Source: Candidatus Pacebacteria bacterium RIFOXYA1_FULL_38_18
GTDB lineage: Bacteria > Patescibacteriota > Microgenomatia > UBA1400 > PJMF01
Reading direction: 5' to 3'
NCBI GenBank assembly: GCA_001787405.1
Contig: MFWV01000003.1
Location: 64,790 to 128,789 of the forward strand
Length of the DNA: 64,000 bases
Part shown: positions 49,850-59,148 of the stretch, one piece after another
Layout: every line of letters begins with the position of its first letter
How positions within the stretch are numbered: position 1 is the first letter of the stretch
Notes under the pieces: generated by a model
What the model was told of the DNA's origin: nothing
Seen by the model: the letters and a program-made list of their open reading frames with translations, nothing else
Database searches by the model: none
Translations under genes and position numbers: made by a program

Positions 49850-50599
49850 ATGAAAAAATCTTCCCGCGTCCTATTGGCAGTGATTATTATTTCTTTTTTG
49901 ATTACTCCGTCTTTGACAGGAGCAATTGAGACTCAGTCCAGAGGAAGTAGTCGTACTCCGGCACAGACTGCAACTCAAGAAGTTGGTGAATCAGACGAAT
50001 CAGAAGAATCAGACGAATTAGCAGTAGAGTTTTCTCCAGCAGTGAGGGGTAATGGCATGATGCAAGAGACCGAGGCAGAAGCAGCACCAGAAGTGAGGAG
50101 CTATCAAGAAAAATTACAAGAAGAGCGTCAAGCCAGAGTAGAAGAAATGGTGCAAGTGAGGAATCAAGTCAGAGAAGAGGCAATGACTCGGGTAATGTTA
50201 CAATCCAGACAGACTGTTGCTAGTTTGTCACAAGGAGCCAGTTTTACTATTGATCCAATCACAAATTTAGTGACTGTTACCACTCCTTCTGGTCAGGAAC
50301 ACATTCTCTATCATTTACCAGATCAAGCCATTGAAAGAATGCAGGAAGTTGGCCTGCTTTTACCGGCAGAAGATGCCGAACTTCCTGATGAGGAATTGAC
50401 TGAAGAACTGGAACTGATTGCCACTGATGATAACTTGGTTTATCAGTTAGACAGTTCTCAGCTAAAAAAGTTATTGGGAATTTTCAACCGCCAAGTTCCC
50501 AGAAGAATAGTGCTGGATGATGATACCGGTACGGTAATAGCGCAACCAGTTGAGGGAAGAAATTTACTACAAAGATTATTGGATAATCTGTCTTTTTAA
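49850..50599 (+). CDS. secreted acidic hypothetical protein
   Basis: 249 aa with signal peptide, coiled coil and LPDQAI motif. Confidence 0.75.
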   Translation: MKKSSRVLLAVIIISFLITPSLTGAIETQSRGSSRTPAQTATQEVGESDESEESDELAVEFSPAVRGNGMMQETEAEAAPEVRSYQEKLQEERQARVEEMVQVRNQVREEAMTRVMLQSRQTVASLSQGASFTIDPITNLVTVTTPSGQEHILYHLPDQAIERMQEVGLLLPAEDAELPDEELTEELELIATDDNLVYQLDSSQLKKLLGIFNRQVPRRIVLDDDTGTVIAQPVEGRNLLQRLLDNLSF

Positions 50600-50674
50600 C
50601 TGGAAAGAGCACTGGAAAAATCACCCGAACTTAAGTTTAAAAAAATTTAAAGTGGTGGGTTTGTTGTCAAAAAG

Positions 50675-51394
50675 TTACTCTTTGGCAATCACAGTGCCCT
50701 TGAAATTACCTGTTTCAAAAATATTTTTTAGATTTTTCAAGTTTTCTCCATTGATTACCAAAACCGTTTGACCTTCTTCTTCTGCTAGTTTGGCAGCGAT
50801 TGGATCATAGGGAGTATTCATTCTTGGGGTCCACTCATCACCGACCATTTTTCTAAAGTCTGCCCAAGTGATTTTATCAATTGGTTTGGCGTTTGGATTT
50901 TTTCTGGGATCATCATCATAAACCTGATCAATATTGGAGAGATTGATGATGTAGGGAGCCTTTACTCTTTGAGCAATTTTGCCAGCCACAAAATCTGTTG
51001 ACCAGCCAGGTTTCCAACCACCTGCGACAATGATTTTTGCATCACTCAATTCATCTGTTTCTGGATCAGTAATAATCTCTGGTTGAGCTTGATCACGGAA
51101 AATAGTCCGAATCAAATGAGCATTGAAACGAGTAGCGTGAATACCCAGCCAATCTTTATCATCTTTGGTAATTTCTTTGCCCATTATTTTACTGGCAGCA
51201 TCGATATAATCTTTAGCTTGACTGCCCCCACCGGTAATAATAAAAAAGCGCCAGCCTTGTTCTAGCTGGCCCAAGATAAATTTTCTAAAAGCAATAAGAT
51301 ATTTGACATTGACTTGCTCGGGAACGATCAGAGAGCCTCCCAGTGAAAGAACTACTCGCTTGCTTTCTGATTGATGAATGGGATATTGAGGCAT
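50675..51394 (-). CDS. pyrH: UMP kinase, archaeal-type
   Basis: VLSLGGS, TGGG, DWLGIHATRFNA, PGWSTD, VYDDDP, DPIAAK. Confidence 0.9.
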   Translation of the reverse strand: MPQYPIHQSESKRVVLSLGGSLIVPEQVNVKYLIAFRKFILGQLEQGWRFFIITGGGSQAKDYIDAASKIMGKEITKDDKDWLGIHATRFNAHLIRTIFRDQAQPEIITDPETDELSDAKIIVAGGWKPGWSTDFVAGKIAQRVKAPYIINLSNIDQVYDDDPRKNPNAKPIDKITWADFRKMVGDEWTPRMNTPYDPIAAKLAEEEGQTVLVINGENLKNLKNIFETGNFKGTVIAKE

Positions 51395-51560
51395 GTAATC
51401 CTTTATTATTTTTATTTAATACGGAAAGATGCAAATACTTTCGGGTACTATTGCATTTCCTTCCTTATTTATCAAGGGGGAAAGAATTTGGCAAAAAACA
51501 CGATTTAAAGCCACTAATTAAAGCCACTAAAACTTAAATTCGATGTATTAACTCAATTTT

Positions 51561-51998
51561 TTAGTTTGCCAACCATTTTTTGAGTCTAGTCATCATCAGT
51601 CCCTGGACTAGGCTTAAAACTAGAGCCAACCAGCCAGCTACCATCCAGGAAGTTATTCCCAAACCAAAAACCTCTGCAAACCTGGTAATGATCCAAATTC
51701 CGGCAAAATTAATCAGGAAATAACCCACCAACCAGTTTACATTGCTCATTTTTTTACCGCGTTGCTTTTCCCATTCATGAAAAAATGGTAGCGCAAAAGC
51801 ATCAATCAGCGCTAATTTGCCCATGCTCAGACACAATGCCCAAGTGACGGTCAAACCAATGGTGCCTAGCACTATATATTGTGGGAACCAGCGTACGGCT
51901 AGCCACAAGACTATTACATTGGTCAAAAACAGGCTTAGATATGAGATAACCATTCTCATCTCTGGATTGTGTGCAAAATTATCAATTTTCTTCGCCAT
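51561..51998 (-). CDS. 4-TM membrane protein
   Basis: Hydrophobic ORF; AGGAGG SD before ATG 51998. Confidence 0.7.
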   Translation of the reverse strand: MAKKIDNFAHNPEMRMVISYLSLFLTNVIVLWLAVRWFPQYIVLGTIGLTVTWALCLSMGKLALIDAFALPFFHEWEKQRGKKMSNVNWLVGYFLINFAGIWIITRFAEVFGLGITSWMVAGWLALVLSLVQGLMMTRLKKWLAN

Positions 51999-52099
51999 AT
52001 CCTCCTTTTTAATTATTACTCCTTCTAGTGTACTCAATTTCCGCTCTGCTTGTCAAAATTATGAGGATGGAGATTAAAAGAAGTGCTAAGATAAAAAAC

Positions 52100-52663
52100 A
52101 TGACTCTATTCAATCTGCGCTCAAAAGCTGTTTTTATCATGGTCGGTTTTCCCGGGAGTGGCAAATCAACTTTGGCCAAGCAAATTTGTGCCAAGTTTCA
52201 TTGTGAATATCTATCCTCAGATGAAATTAGAGAAAAAGTTTTTGCTTCTGGTCGTTTTGATGCATCAGAACAACAGCAGGTTGGTCAGCTCAGGCAGTTG
52301 GCTTATCAATTAATGTATGACACCGCGCAAACTTTATTATTGCAAAATAAAAAAATTGTTTTGGATGCCACACATTTGGAATTAGCCAAACGCAAACCGA
52401 TGGTTAGTCGATTGGAAAAGATTAAAGATAAAAGCCAGTTTTGCTATGTGCTAGTCAAGACTTCACGAACCATTATTGATCAACGGATGCAAAAACGAGC
52501 GACTGAAATACACAATCCTGGTGAATCAATGTATGATGCTTGGAAACGGGTTTATGGTTATTTTGAAGCCAATCAAACCAAAGGTTTGTTGGCTTGGCCA
52601 GATCCACAAACAGAAACAATAGACTGTATAACTCATGAAGAACTTCTCACCCACCTGGATTAA
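52100..52663 (+). CDS. P-loop kinase (AAA_33 / polynucleotide kinase-like)
   Basis: GFPGSGKST, SSDEIR, VLDAT, RMQKR lid. Confidence 0.85.
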   Translation: MTLFNLRSKAVFIMVGFPGSGKSTLAKQICAKFHCEYLSSDEIREKVFASGRFDASEQQQVGQLRQLAYQLMYDTAQTLLLQNKKIVLDATHLELAKRKPMVSRLEKIKDKSQFCYVLVKTSRTIIDQRMQKRATEIHNPGESMYDAWKRVYGYFEANQTKGLLAWPDPQTETIDCITHEELLTHLD

Positions 52664-53309
52664 ACAGATCAAACTCATTGCTTGGGATCTGGATGGTACG
52701 CTTTATCCACCCATGCCCGAGGTTTCTGAACAAATTAATCGAGTTCGAGTGACTGCGATTGCCAAGCTTTTACGGCTACCTTTGAGCAAAGCCCAAGCCA
52801 AATTTGATTCGATGTATCGGCAACTGCATAGCACTACTAGAGTGCTCAACGAACTAAAGATGGGAGGTGAGCAATTCTTCATTGATTTTTGGGAAAATTT
52901 TGATTTAAGCAACTATATTCAGCCCGATCCTGAATTGCAAGAAATCTTTGTTCAAGCCAAAGCTCAGGGTAGAGAACATGCCTTACTTACCAATGCCAAC
53001 ACTTTGATTTCAGTTCAGAAAAAACTAGCAGCGATTGGTTTAGCTCCAGCTTTATTCAGCGCCATTTTTGCTTCCGGCAGAACCGGGATTCACAAACCCA
53101 CTCCAGAAGCTTTCAAACAGCTTTGGGAGCAAACGCCGTTTGCCATGGAAGAAATAGTTTATGTGGGAGATAAGGAAAACACCGATATTGTGCCCGCCAA
53201 AAACTTGGGTTTAAAAACAGTCTTAATGGATTGGCTGATTAAAGGAGAAGAGACACAGGCAGATTTATTAGTCCATTCACCCAAAGAGCTCTTGGCTTAT
53301 TTCATTTGA
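52635..53309 (+). CDS. HAD-superfamily hydrolase
   Basis: WDLDGTLY, LLTN, HKP, YVGD....DI. Confidence 0.9.
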   Translation: MKNFSPTWIKQIKLIAWDLDGTLYPPMPEVSEQINRVRVTAIAKLLRLPLSKAQAKFDSMYRQLHSTTRVLNELKMGGEQFFIDFWENFDLSNYIQPDPELQEIFVQAKAQGREHALLTNANTLISVQKKLAAIGLAPALFSAIFASGRTGIHKPTPEAFKQLWEQTPFAMEEIVYVGDKENTDIVPAKNLGLKTVLMDWLIKGEETQADLLVHSPKELLAYFI

Positions 53310-53390
53310 GTTTTTTTGTGCCCCCTCTTTATTTTGATAAAAAGATTCTGCTACACTGATAACACTATTTATTTATAAATACTTATTTTT

Positions 53391-55631
53391 ATGTCAAAAC
53401 CCTCCGCCAAAAAAATTCAAGTAATTGGTTTTATTACTTTTGCTTTGATTTTGCTTGGTTTGAGTTTGACTCTATTTTTTCTTGATCAAAATAAAGACGT
53501 TCGACAGCAAGCTTTTGTAGGTACTAGTGATGTGAACGACTATTGTCCTGGAGGAGAATGTGTTGCGGAGTTTGTTAAGTCAAAGTCAGGAGAATATTCT
53601 TCTCCAACAGGAGTTTATAGCTTGTATTATGATCAAGATGTTTGGCAGACAGCAGCAATTCCTTCCAAAGCCACTTCCACCGATCAAGAGCAAAGTTTTT
53701 TTGTTTCGTCAACGCCTTGGGGATTTGCTACGATTTATCTCAATGCAGTGGCTTTGTCGGAAGCTCAATCAGAAATGAGTGTTCTAGCCTTGGCTACTAA
53801 TTTGGAAACTCAGATTAGTTCCAATTTAGCTGAAAATATTCGTTATGTTGGTAAAGAAATTGTTTATTTAAACAACAGAGAAGCAATCCGTTTTGATTTT
53901 TCAGAAGTTATTCTTGGTAGAGAGACTACTTATCAAGAATATGTTTTACTTGGCGACAATCATTACGTAGAGGCTGAAGCAAGATCTTCGGGGACATTTG
54001 GGATGACGGCGATGATCGAAAATCTTTTGGGATCGATCAAGATTGGTGTTGAAGCACAAGTCAAAGGTACTACAGATGAACAAACATTCAATGATCTTGA
54101 GCTTTCAGAATTAGTTAGCCCCTCAGTGGCCAACGTGCTTCATTTGTATTGTAAAGAAGTCTTGGTTTCTCCTGAACTCAAGGCAAATTATCTGAAATCT
54201 AGCTATCCTTTTTGTAGTGGCATGACCGGTTCGGGATTTTTGGTGGGCGAGAGTGGCTTGGTAGCCACTAATGGCCATGTTGTTACTTCTTATCCAGAAC
54301 AGGATTTTTTTATGAATTTGTCCATGGGCCATCCTGTGTTTGTTGAATTTGTTGTTGATTTTGTTCGAGAACTAGCTTTTGCCCAAGGAATAGAAACTAC
54401 TGCCCAAGAGGGACAAATTCTTGCCGTTAATACCCTTCAAGATCCGTCTGGTATGCAAATGGTTTTTGGATATATTTTGGAGTTTTTCAATCGTGAGGTT
54501 TTTACGGTTAAGACATTAACAGATCTACACTATGTAGATTTGGGAACAAAACCATTTAACTTTTCAAGTGAAGAGTTAACACCCCAAAATATTAATAATT
54601 TCGTTACCGAAGAAGATAACATTTTTTCTGCTGAATTGATGGGTTTTGATTTTGCCAATTTTTTTACCAAAGAAATAATATCTGGAGAGCAAAAACCCAA
54701 TGCTTCTGATGTAGCTATCTTGAAAATCAACAAAGCAACGAACTATGTCTATCCAAATTTGCAAATCAGTGATGCTTCAAAGGTTAAAGAGGGTGAACAA
54801 ATTTTAATCTTTGGTTTTCCTGGAATAGTTAGTGGTGATGAATCTTTGCTTTTAGATTACACCGGTTCTAGTGCCAAAGTAACCGTTACCAAAGGTATTG
54901 TCAGTTCCATCAAACAAGATACCGGTGGCAGAACCCTCATTCAAACAGATGCCTCTGTTGGGCATGGTAATAGTGGCGGTCCAGCCTTCAACCAAAAAGG
55001 AGAAGTGATTGGTATTGCCACTTATGGATTGAGTGAAGAAACTGGTGGAGGGAACTTCAATTTCTTGAGAGATACTGCTGATTTACTGGAACTGAGCAAA
55101 TCAACTGGTGTAGAGATCAGCACTAGTCCAGGGAAAACTTATCAAGATTGGCAGAGTGCTTTAGAGTATTTTTGGGAAAATCATTTCACCAAATCTTTGA
55201 GTTATTTAAATTCAGTTGTTGAATCATACCCAACTCATCCCAAAGTTTTTGGAGTGATAAGTGAAGCAGAGCAGAATATTAAAGATGGTAAGGATGTGGA
55301 TTTATTGTTTGGGATTCAAAAAGTATATGTTTATGTTGGTGGAGGATTATTGGCAGTATTGTTAATTGTTGGTGGAGTGATGCTGGTTTTGAAAAAGAAA
55401 AATGATCGTGTACCACCAGTTGCTCCGCAAGCACCGTTGCCGGTAGCTGAACCCAGTCAGATGCCAGAGGAAGATTCAATTAAGCCAGTAGATTCACCAA
55501 TTATGTCGGTAGCTGATTTTAATCAACCCCCTTCTGAATCAACTCAATCCAATTTTGATCAGACCACTGTCAATCAGCCGAGCGAGAGAGAAAGCTTTCC
55601 GCCTGTTCCACCTCAAGAGGGAAGCATCTAA
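53391..55631 (+). CDS. membrane-tethered trypsin-like serine protease
   Basis: N- and C-terminal TMs; TNGHVV, DVAILK, GNSGGP triad; Pro-rich tail. Confidence 0.88.
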   Translation: MSKPSAKKIQVIGFITFALILLGLSLTLFFLDQNKDVRQQAFVGTSDVNDYCPGGECVAEFVKSKSGEYSSPTGVYSLYYDQDVWQTAAIPSKATSTDQEQSFFVSSTPWGFATIYLNAVALSEAQSEMSVLALATNLETQISSNLAENIRYVGKEIVYLNNREAIRFDFSEVILGRETTYQEYVLLGDNHYVEAEARSSGTFGMTAMIENLLGSIKIGVEAQVKGTTDEQTFNDLELSELVSPSVANVLHLYCKEVLVSPELKANYLKSSYPFCSGMTGSGFLVGESGLVATNGHVVTSYPEQDFFMNLSMGHPVFVEFVVDFVRELAFAQGIETTAQEGQILAVNTLQDPSGMQMVFGYILEFFNREVFTVKTLTDLHYVDLGTKPFNFSSEELTPQNINNFVTEEDNIFSAELMGFDFANFFTKEIISGEQKPNASDVAILKINKATNYVYPNLQISDASKVKEGEQILIFGFPGIVSGDESLLLDYTGSSAKVTVTKGIVSSIKQDTGGRTLIQTDASVGHGNSGGPAFNQKGEVIGIATYGLSEETGGGNFNFLRDTADLLELSKSTGVEISTSPGKTYQDWQSALEYFWENHFTKSLSYLNSVVESYPTHPKVFGVISEAEQNIKDGKDVDLLFGIQKVYVYVGGGLLAVLLIVGGVMLVLKKKNDRVPPVAPQAPLPVAEPSQMPEEDSIKPVDSPIMSVADFNQPPSESTQSNFDQTTVNQPSERESFPPVPPQEGSI

Positions 55632-56365
55632 TCGTGAGGCATTAATTTAAAAATAATCAGCATAATCATCACTCCAGCAAGCATGGTCAGAGCAGCTTTT
55701 TTATAAGAAGTATGCTTGCCGGGTTTGGGTAGAAAATCACTGGCAGAGAGATAAAGAAAAATGCCGGCAGAAATGGCTAAAAGATAACCAATGATAGCCA
55801 GCTCCTCAGCGATCCACCAGACCAGCCAGGCCCCTAAAAATGAGGTGAGAGCAGAGAGAACATTGACCCAAATAATACGTTTTTTGTGCCAACCAGCTTG
55901 TAATAACACTCCAAAATCACTCATTTCATGAGGTACTTCGTGTAAAAAAGTGGAGAGAGTAGTGGTGATGCCCAAGGCTGGATTGGCCAAATAGGCAGCA
56001 GCAATAGTGGTGCCATCTATGAAGTTGTGAATAGTATCGCCAAAAATGATCAAAGGTATAGCAGAAGTATGATGAGCGTGTTGATCATTTTCATGATGAT
56101 GAATCTCAAAAATAAAGTTTTCAAATAGATAAGTGATGATAAAGGCACCCAGCAACCAACCGAAAGCAGTTTCTCCCAATTCATGAATTGCCTCTGGTAG
56201 CAAACCCAATAAAGACACAGCCAGTAGTATTCCAGCTGCAAAAGCCGAAGCATAGCGAGTCAAAAAACGTACCAAAAACTTGATGCGCAAACAAATTAAA
56301 CCACCCACCAATGCCACTAAACTGCCCAAAAAGACCAAGAGATTGATAGTAAGAAAATCTGACAT
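55628..56365 (-). CDS. ZIP family metal transporter
   Basis: LLPEA, His-rich loop, HNFIDG, HEVPHE. Confidence 0.93.
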   Translation of the reverse strand: MSDFLTINLLVFLGSLVALVGGLICLRIKFLVRFLTRYASAFAAGILLAVSLLGLLPEAIHELGETAFGWLLGAFIITYLFENFIFEIHHHENDQHAHHTSAIPLIIFGDTIHNFIDGTTIAAAYLANPALGITTTLSTFLHEVPHEMSDFGVLLQAGWHKKRIIWVNVLSALTSFLGAWLVWWIAEELAIIGYLLAISAGIFLYLSASDFLPKPGKHTSYKKAALTMLAGVMIMLIIFKLMPHD

Positions 56366-56372
56366 GCTCATG

Positions 56373-56425
56373 ATTATAAATGTCAATGCAACAAAGTTGC
56401 AATAGCCAAATAAACGAGGTATACT
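56373..56425. promoter_or_regulatory. divergent promoters sharing a palindromic -35, overlapped by a Fur-family box
   Basis: TTGCAA 56397-56402; TATACT 56420 (+), TATAAT 56378-56373 (-); TGCAAC-AAA-GTTGCA 56387-56401. Confidence 0.65.
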
Positions 56426-56432
56426 TGAGTTT

Positions 56433-56801
56433 ATGAAGACAGTGAATAATCAAAAACGCAACTTAGAAGACAAAATCATGGCTCTTTTGAAGTTGGAACA
56501 CTTGCTCTCTGCCAAAGAAATCTTGGAAAAATTGCAGGGATTGGATCAAAATTATAACAAAACCAGTGTTTACAGAGCGCTAGAGCGCTTATTGGCAAAA
56601 GGTATTTTATGTCAGCATCATCTGGGTGAAGCTGGTTTAACTTATGAACTGCGCTCAGACAATCATGAGCATTTGCAATGCGAGGTGTGTGGCAAAATAA
56701 AAGCGATTCCGCATACTTTTAGCCAGCCAGCCTCGATCGAAGGTTTTAAAATCAGCCATCATCACCTCACTTATTTGGGCATTTGCCCAGATTGCCAGTA
56801 A
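56433..56801 (+). CDS. Fur-family metalloregulator (Zur-like by context)
   Basis: TSVYRAL, HEHLQCEVCG, GICPDC; divergent from the ZIP transporter. Confidence 0.9.
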   Translation: MKTVNNQKRNLEDKIMALLKLEHLLSAKEILEKLQGLDQNYNKTSVYRALERLLAKGILCQHHLGEAGLTYELRSDNHEHLQCEVCGKIKAIPHTFSQPASIEGFKISHHHLTYLGICPDCQ

Positions 56802-56898
56802 TTTTCTTGTTAAAATAGCAAAGATTTTTGATTTTAATTGATCAGATAGTGTTGATTGCAAACATTAGCATCAATATTATTCTTGATTACAGTGAAGA

Positions 56899-56971
56899 GC
56901 GCTTGTAGTTTAGTGGATAAAACGTTGGTTTCCGGAACCAAAGACCGTGGGTTCGACTCCCACCGAGCGCA
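56899..56971 (+). tRNA. tRNA-Arg (CCG), CCA not encoded
   Basis: Acceptor GCGCTTG/CGAGCGC, anticodon arm TTGGT-TTCCGGA-ACCAA, T-arm GTGGG-TTCGACT-CCCAC. Confidence 0.95.
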
Positions 56972-57016
56972 CCGCTTTACCTTGATGGTTACCAAACAAA
57001 AAACTATTTAATCCTA

Positions 57017-57544
57017 TTACTTCAACTTTTTATGCTCGTACTGCAAATAGTGAAAGTCGGTTATTTCGCCTTCCTCGTTAAAACTGATTTCGTAATCAAT
57101 TCTATCAAAATACAGAATTGGCCACGAACCATCTGATTCAGGTCCCCAAGGGAAATAGTGCGCCGCGGGTAATGAACCAGTATAGGTTCCATCGCCATCT
57201 TTATCACTTAATACTACATGGTGTGATTGTGGTGTCGCTGTAACTGTATCCACATACACTTCATCAAAGTGAACCGTATTTCCATGGAAAGCAAAATCAT
57301 AGAACGACATTTCCAAACAGTCGGTGCAACTTGTAAGAGGTGTTCCGCCCACTTCAGGGTTCCATTTTGGTCCCCATACGGTCCAATCACCATTCGGTGA
57401 CATACCATCCCAATCAACCTCAATAATTACGTACAAAGGAACTCCGGTGGGGTTATCTATTCCTTTGGCAGAAACAGATGTGCTTGCACCAAATATGAGC
57501 GCCACAAATGCAAAAAGCAATGCTAATTTTTTCATCTTTACCAT
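57017..57544 (-). CDS. secreted hypothetical protein
   Basis: 175 aa; signal peptide (VSA), DKDGDG Ca-loop-like motif, CxxC. Confidence 0.75.
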   Translation of the reverse strand: MVKMKKLALLFAFVALIFGASTSVSAKGIDNPTGVPLYVIIEVDWDGMSPNGDWTVWGPKWNPEVGGTPLTSCTDCLEMSFYDFAFHGNTVHFDEVYVDTVTATPQSHHVVLSDKDGDGTYTGSLPAAHYFPWGPESDGSWPILYFDRIDYEISFNEEGEITDFHYLQYEHKKLK

Positions 57545-57803
57545 CCCTTTCTACTTTTTTTAAAAAACTTTACTACTCTCAATGTACTCAATGTGTGTTT
57601 TTTGTCAATAGAACCAACTCCCATCTCCCCTGTTCCAATTGGAATTTTTTTTATATTTTTGTCTAAAGCTTGATCTCAAAACTTATATCAATAGTTTCAA
57701 ATCCACATTTTTGATAAAAGCGAATGGCTTTTTCATTTTTCACTTTCATCTATTTTTTTTACCATCTTTGTTCATGTTTATTAATTATGTAACGATTGAT
57801 AAA

Positions 57804-59063
57804 TTAATTATCTTTATCCCAAGTACTCATTTCTTTTTGCGGTAGTTGTGATTGTTTCGGGCTAAATATCAAGACCAATAAACTAGCCATCAGCCCTATT
57901 CCGCCCATAAAACTGAAACTAAACTGTTCATGGAATCGACTGGCGAGTAAGCCAGCTAGTAGTGGACCAATGACAAAACCCAAACTATAAATTGAGTTGG
58001 AAAGACCGATGAGGTGTTGTTTGTGAATGCCCATTCTGCCACCCAAACCAGAAAAAATAGTTTCTGCCAAATTAAGAGCTAAAGAATTGAAAAAACCGAT
58101 AGTTAAACCAAGCAATAAAAGACCTAAACCTGGATTGATCAAGCCAAATAAGATTGTTGAAATAGTACCGATAGCCAAAAATATAGCACTAAATTTTTCT
58201 TTATGAACAGTGATGACTTTTTTCATCAAAAACATTTGAGCCAACATGGCTGGCATAATATAAGCGGGTAAGATTAAAAAAGAATAAGCAAAAGTAGCGT
58301 GTATTTTTTCACTCAAAACTGCGCCAATAGTCCAGAAAGAGGCATCAATTAAACTAAAAGCAAAAATTAAAGTAATAGCTGGCCAGGCTGGTTTAAACAA
58401 GGTTCTCCAATGAGCTAGTTCCAATCCAAGTTTGGGCGTGGTTTTGGGTGGCTCTGGGGTTGGTAGACCACTATGTTCTTTAAAGGGAAAAAGTAAGAAT
58501 AATAATTGAACACCCAATATCAGACCAAGCACTGCTCGCAATACCGGCCATTTTCCACCCAAAAGCAAAAAACTGGCTACGATCGGGCCGGTAATATAAG
58601 CAAAGCTTTTGCCAAAGAGTATGTTAGCCCAAGCTACGCTGTGATGAGAGGCTGGTACTTTGTTGGCAATAAAAGTTTTGCCAGAAAAAGCCAAAAATTC
58701 ATAATAAATACCCCAAAAACCCATGGCCAAAATAAAAAATGGCACAGTAGGCATAAACATGGTTATTATGAGAGTGAGCAAAAATAAAGTTTGAAATAAA
58801 ATACTCAGAGAAAATGATTTTTTGACGGTTAGTTTGGGTAATAATTGAGGAATTATCAAATCAGCAATAATGCCAATCATTGAGGAGGTAGCCATAATCA
58901 CACCCAATAAGGCGCTACTGTTAAAAGTATTCATAATGTGATTGGGCACAAAATATGACAACGAAGCATCCCCAAGAGCAATCAAAGTAATGAATAGAGA
59001 GACATGGAAAATTCGCTTGGCCAAAGGAGTTAATGGGGAATTAGTTTTGAAAAATTGAAACAT
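57804..59063 (-). CDS. MFS transporter
   Basis: ~12 TMs, two halves with GPIVAS and GPLLAG motifs. Confidence 0.85.
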   Translation of the reverse strand: MFQFFKTNSPLTPLAKRIFHVSLFITLIALGDASLSYFVPNHIMNTFNSSALLGVIMATSSMIGIIADLIIPQLLPKLTVKKSFSLSILFQTLFLLTLIITMFMPTVPFFILAMGFWGIYYEFLAFSGKTFIANKVPASHHSVAWANILFGKSFAYITGPIVASFLLLGGKWPVLRAVLGLILGVQLLFLLFPFKEHSGLPTPEPPKTTPKLGLELAHWRTLFKPAWPAITLIFAFSLIDASFWTIGAVLSEKIHATFAYSFLILPAYIMPAMLAQMFLMKKVITVHKEKFSAIFLAIGTISTILFGLINPGLGLLLLGLTIGFFNSLALNLAETIFSGLGGRMGIHKQHLIGLSNSIYSLGFVIGPLLAGLLASRFHEQFSFSFMGGIGLMASLLVLIFSPKQSQLPQKEMSTWDKDN

Positions 59064-59148
59064 AGTTTAAATTTTTAATACATTTATCTTCTCACAATTT
59101 AGTTATAGTTTGCAGGCTTGAAAAAGTCTGTTTTTCAAGAGAAAATGA

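Noticed and set aside
56972-57640. Island at tRNA-Arg bounded by ACTCCCA near 57617
   Set aside because: Only a 7-nt match, no integrase and no convincing tail frame
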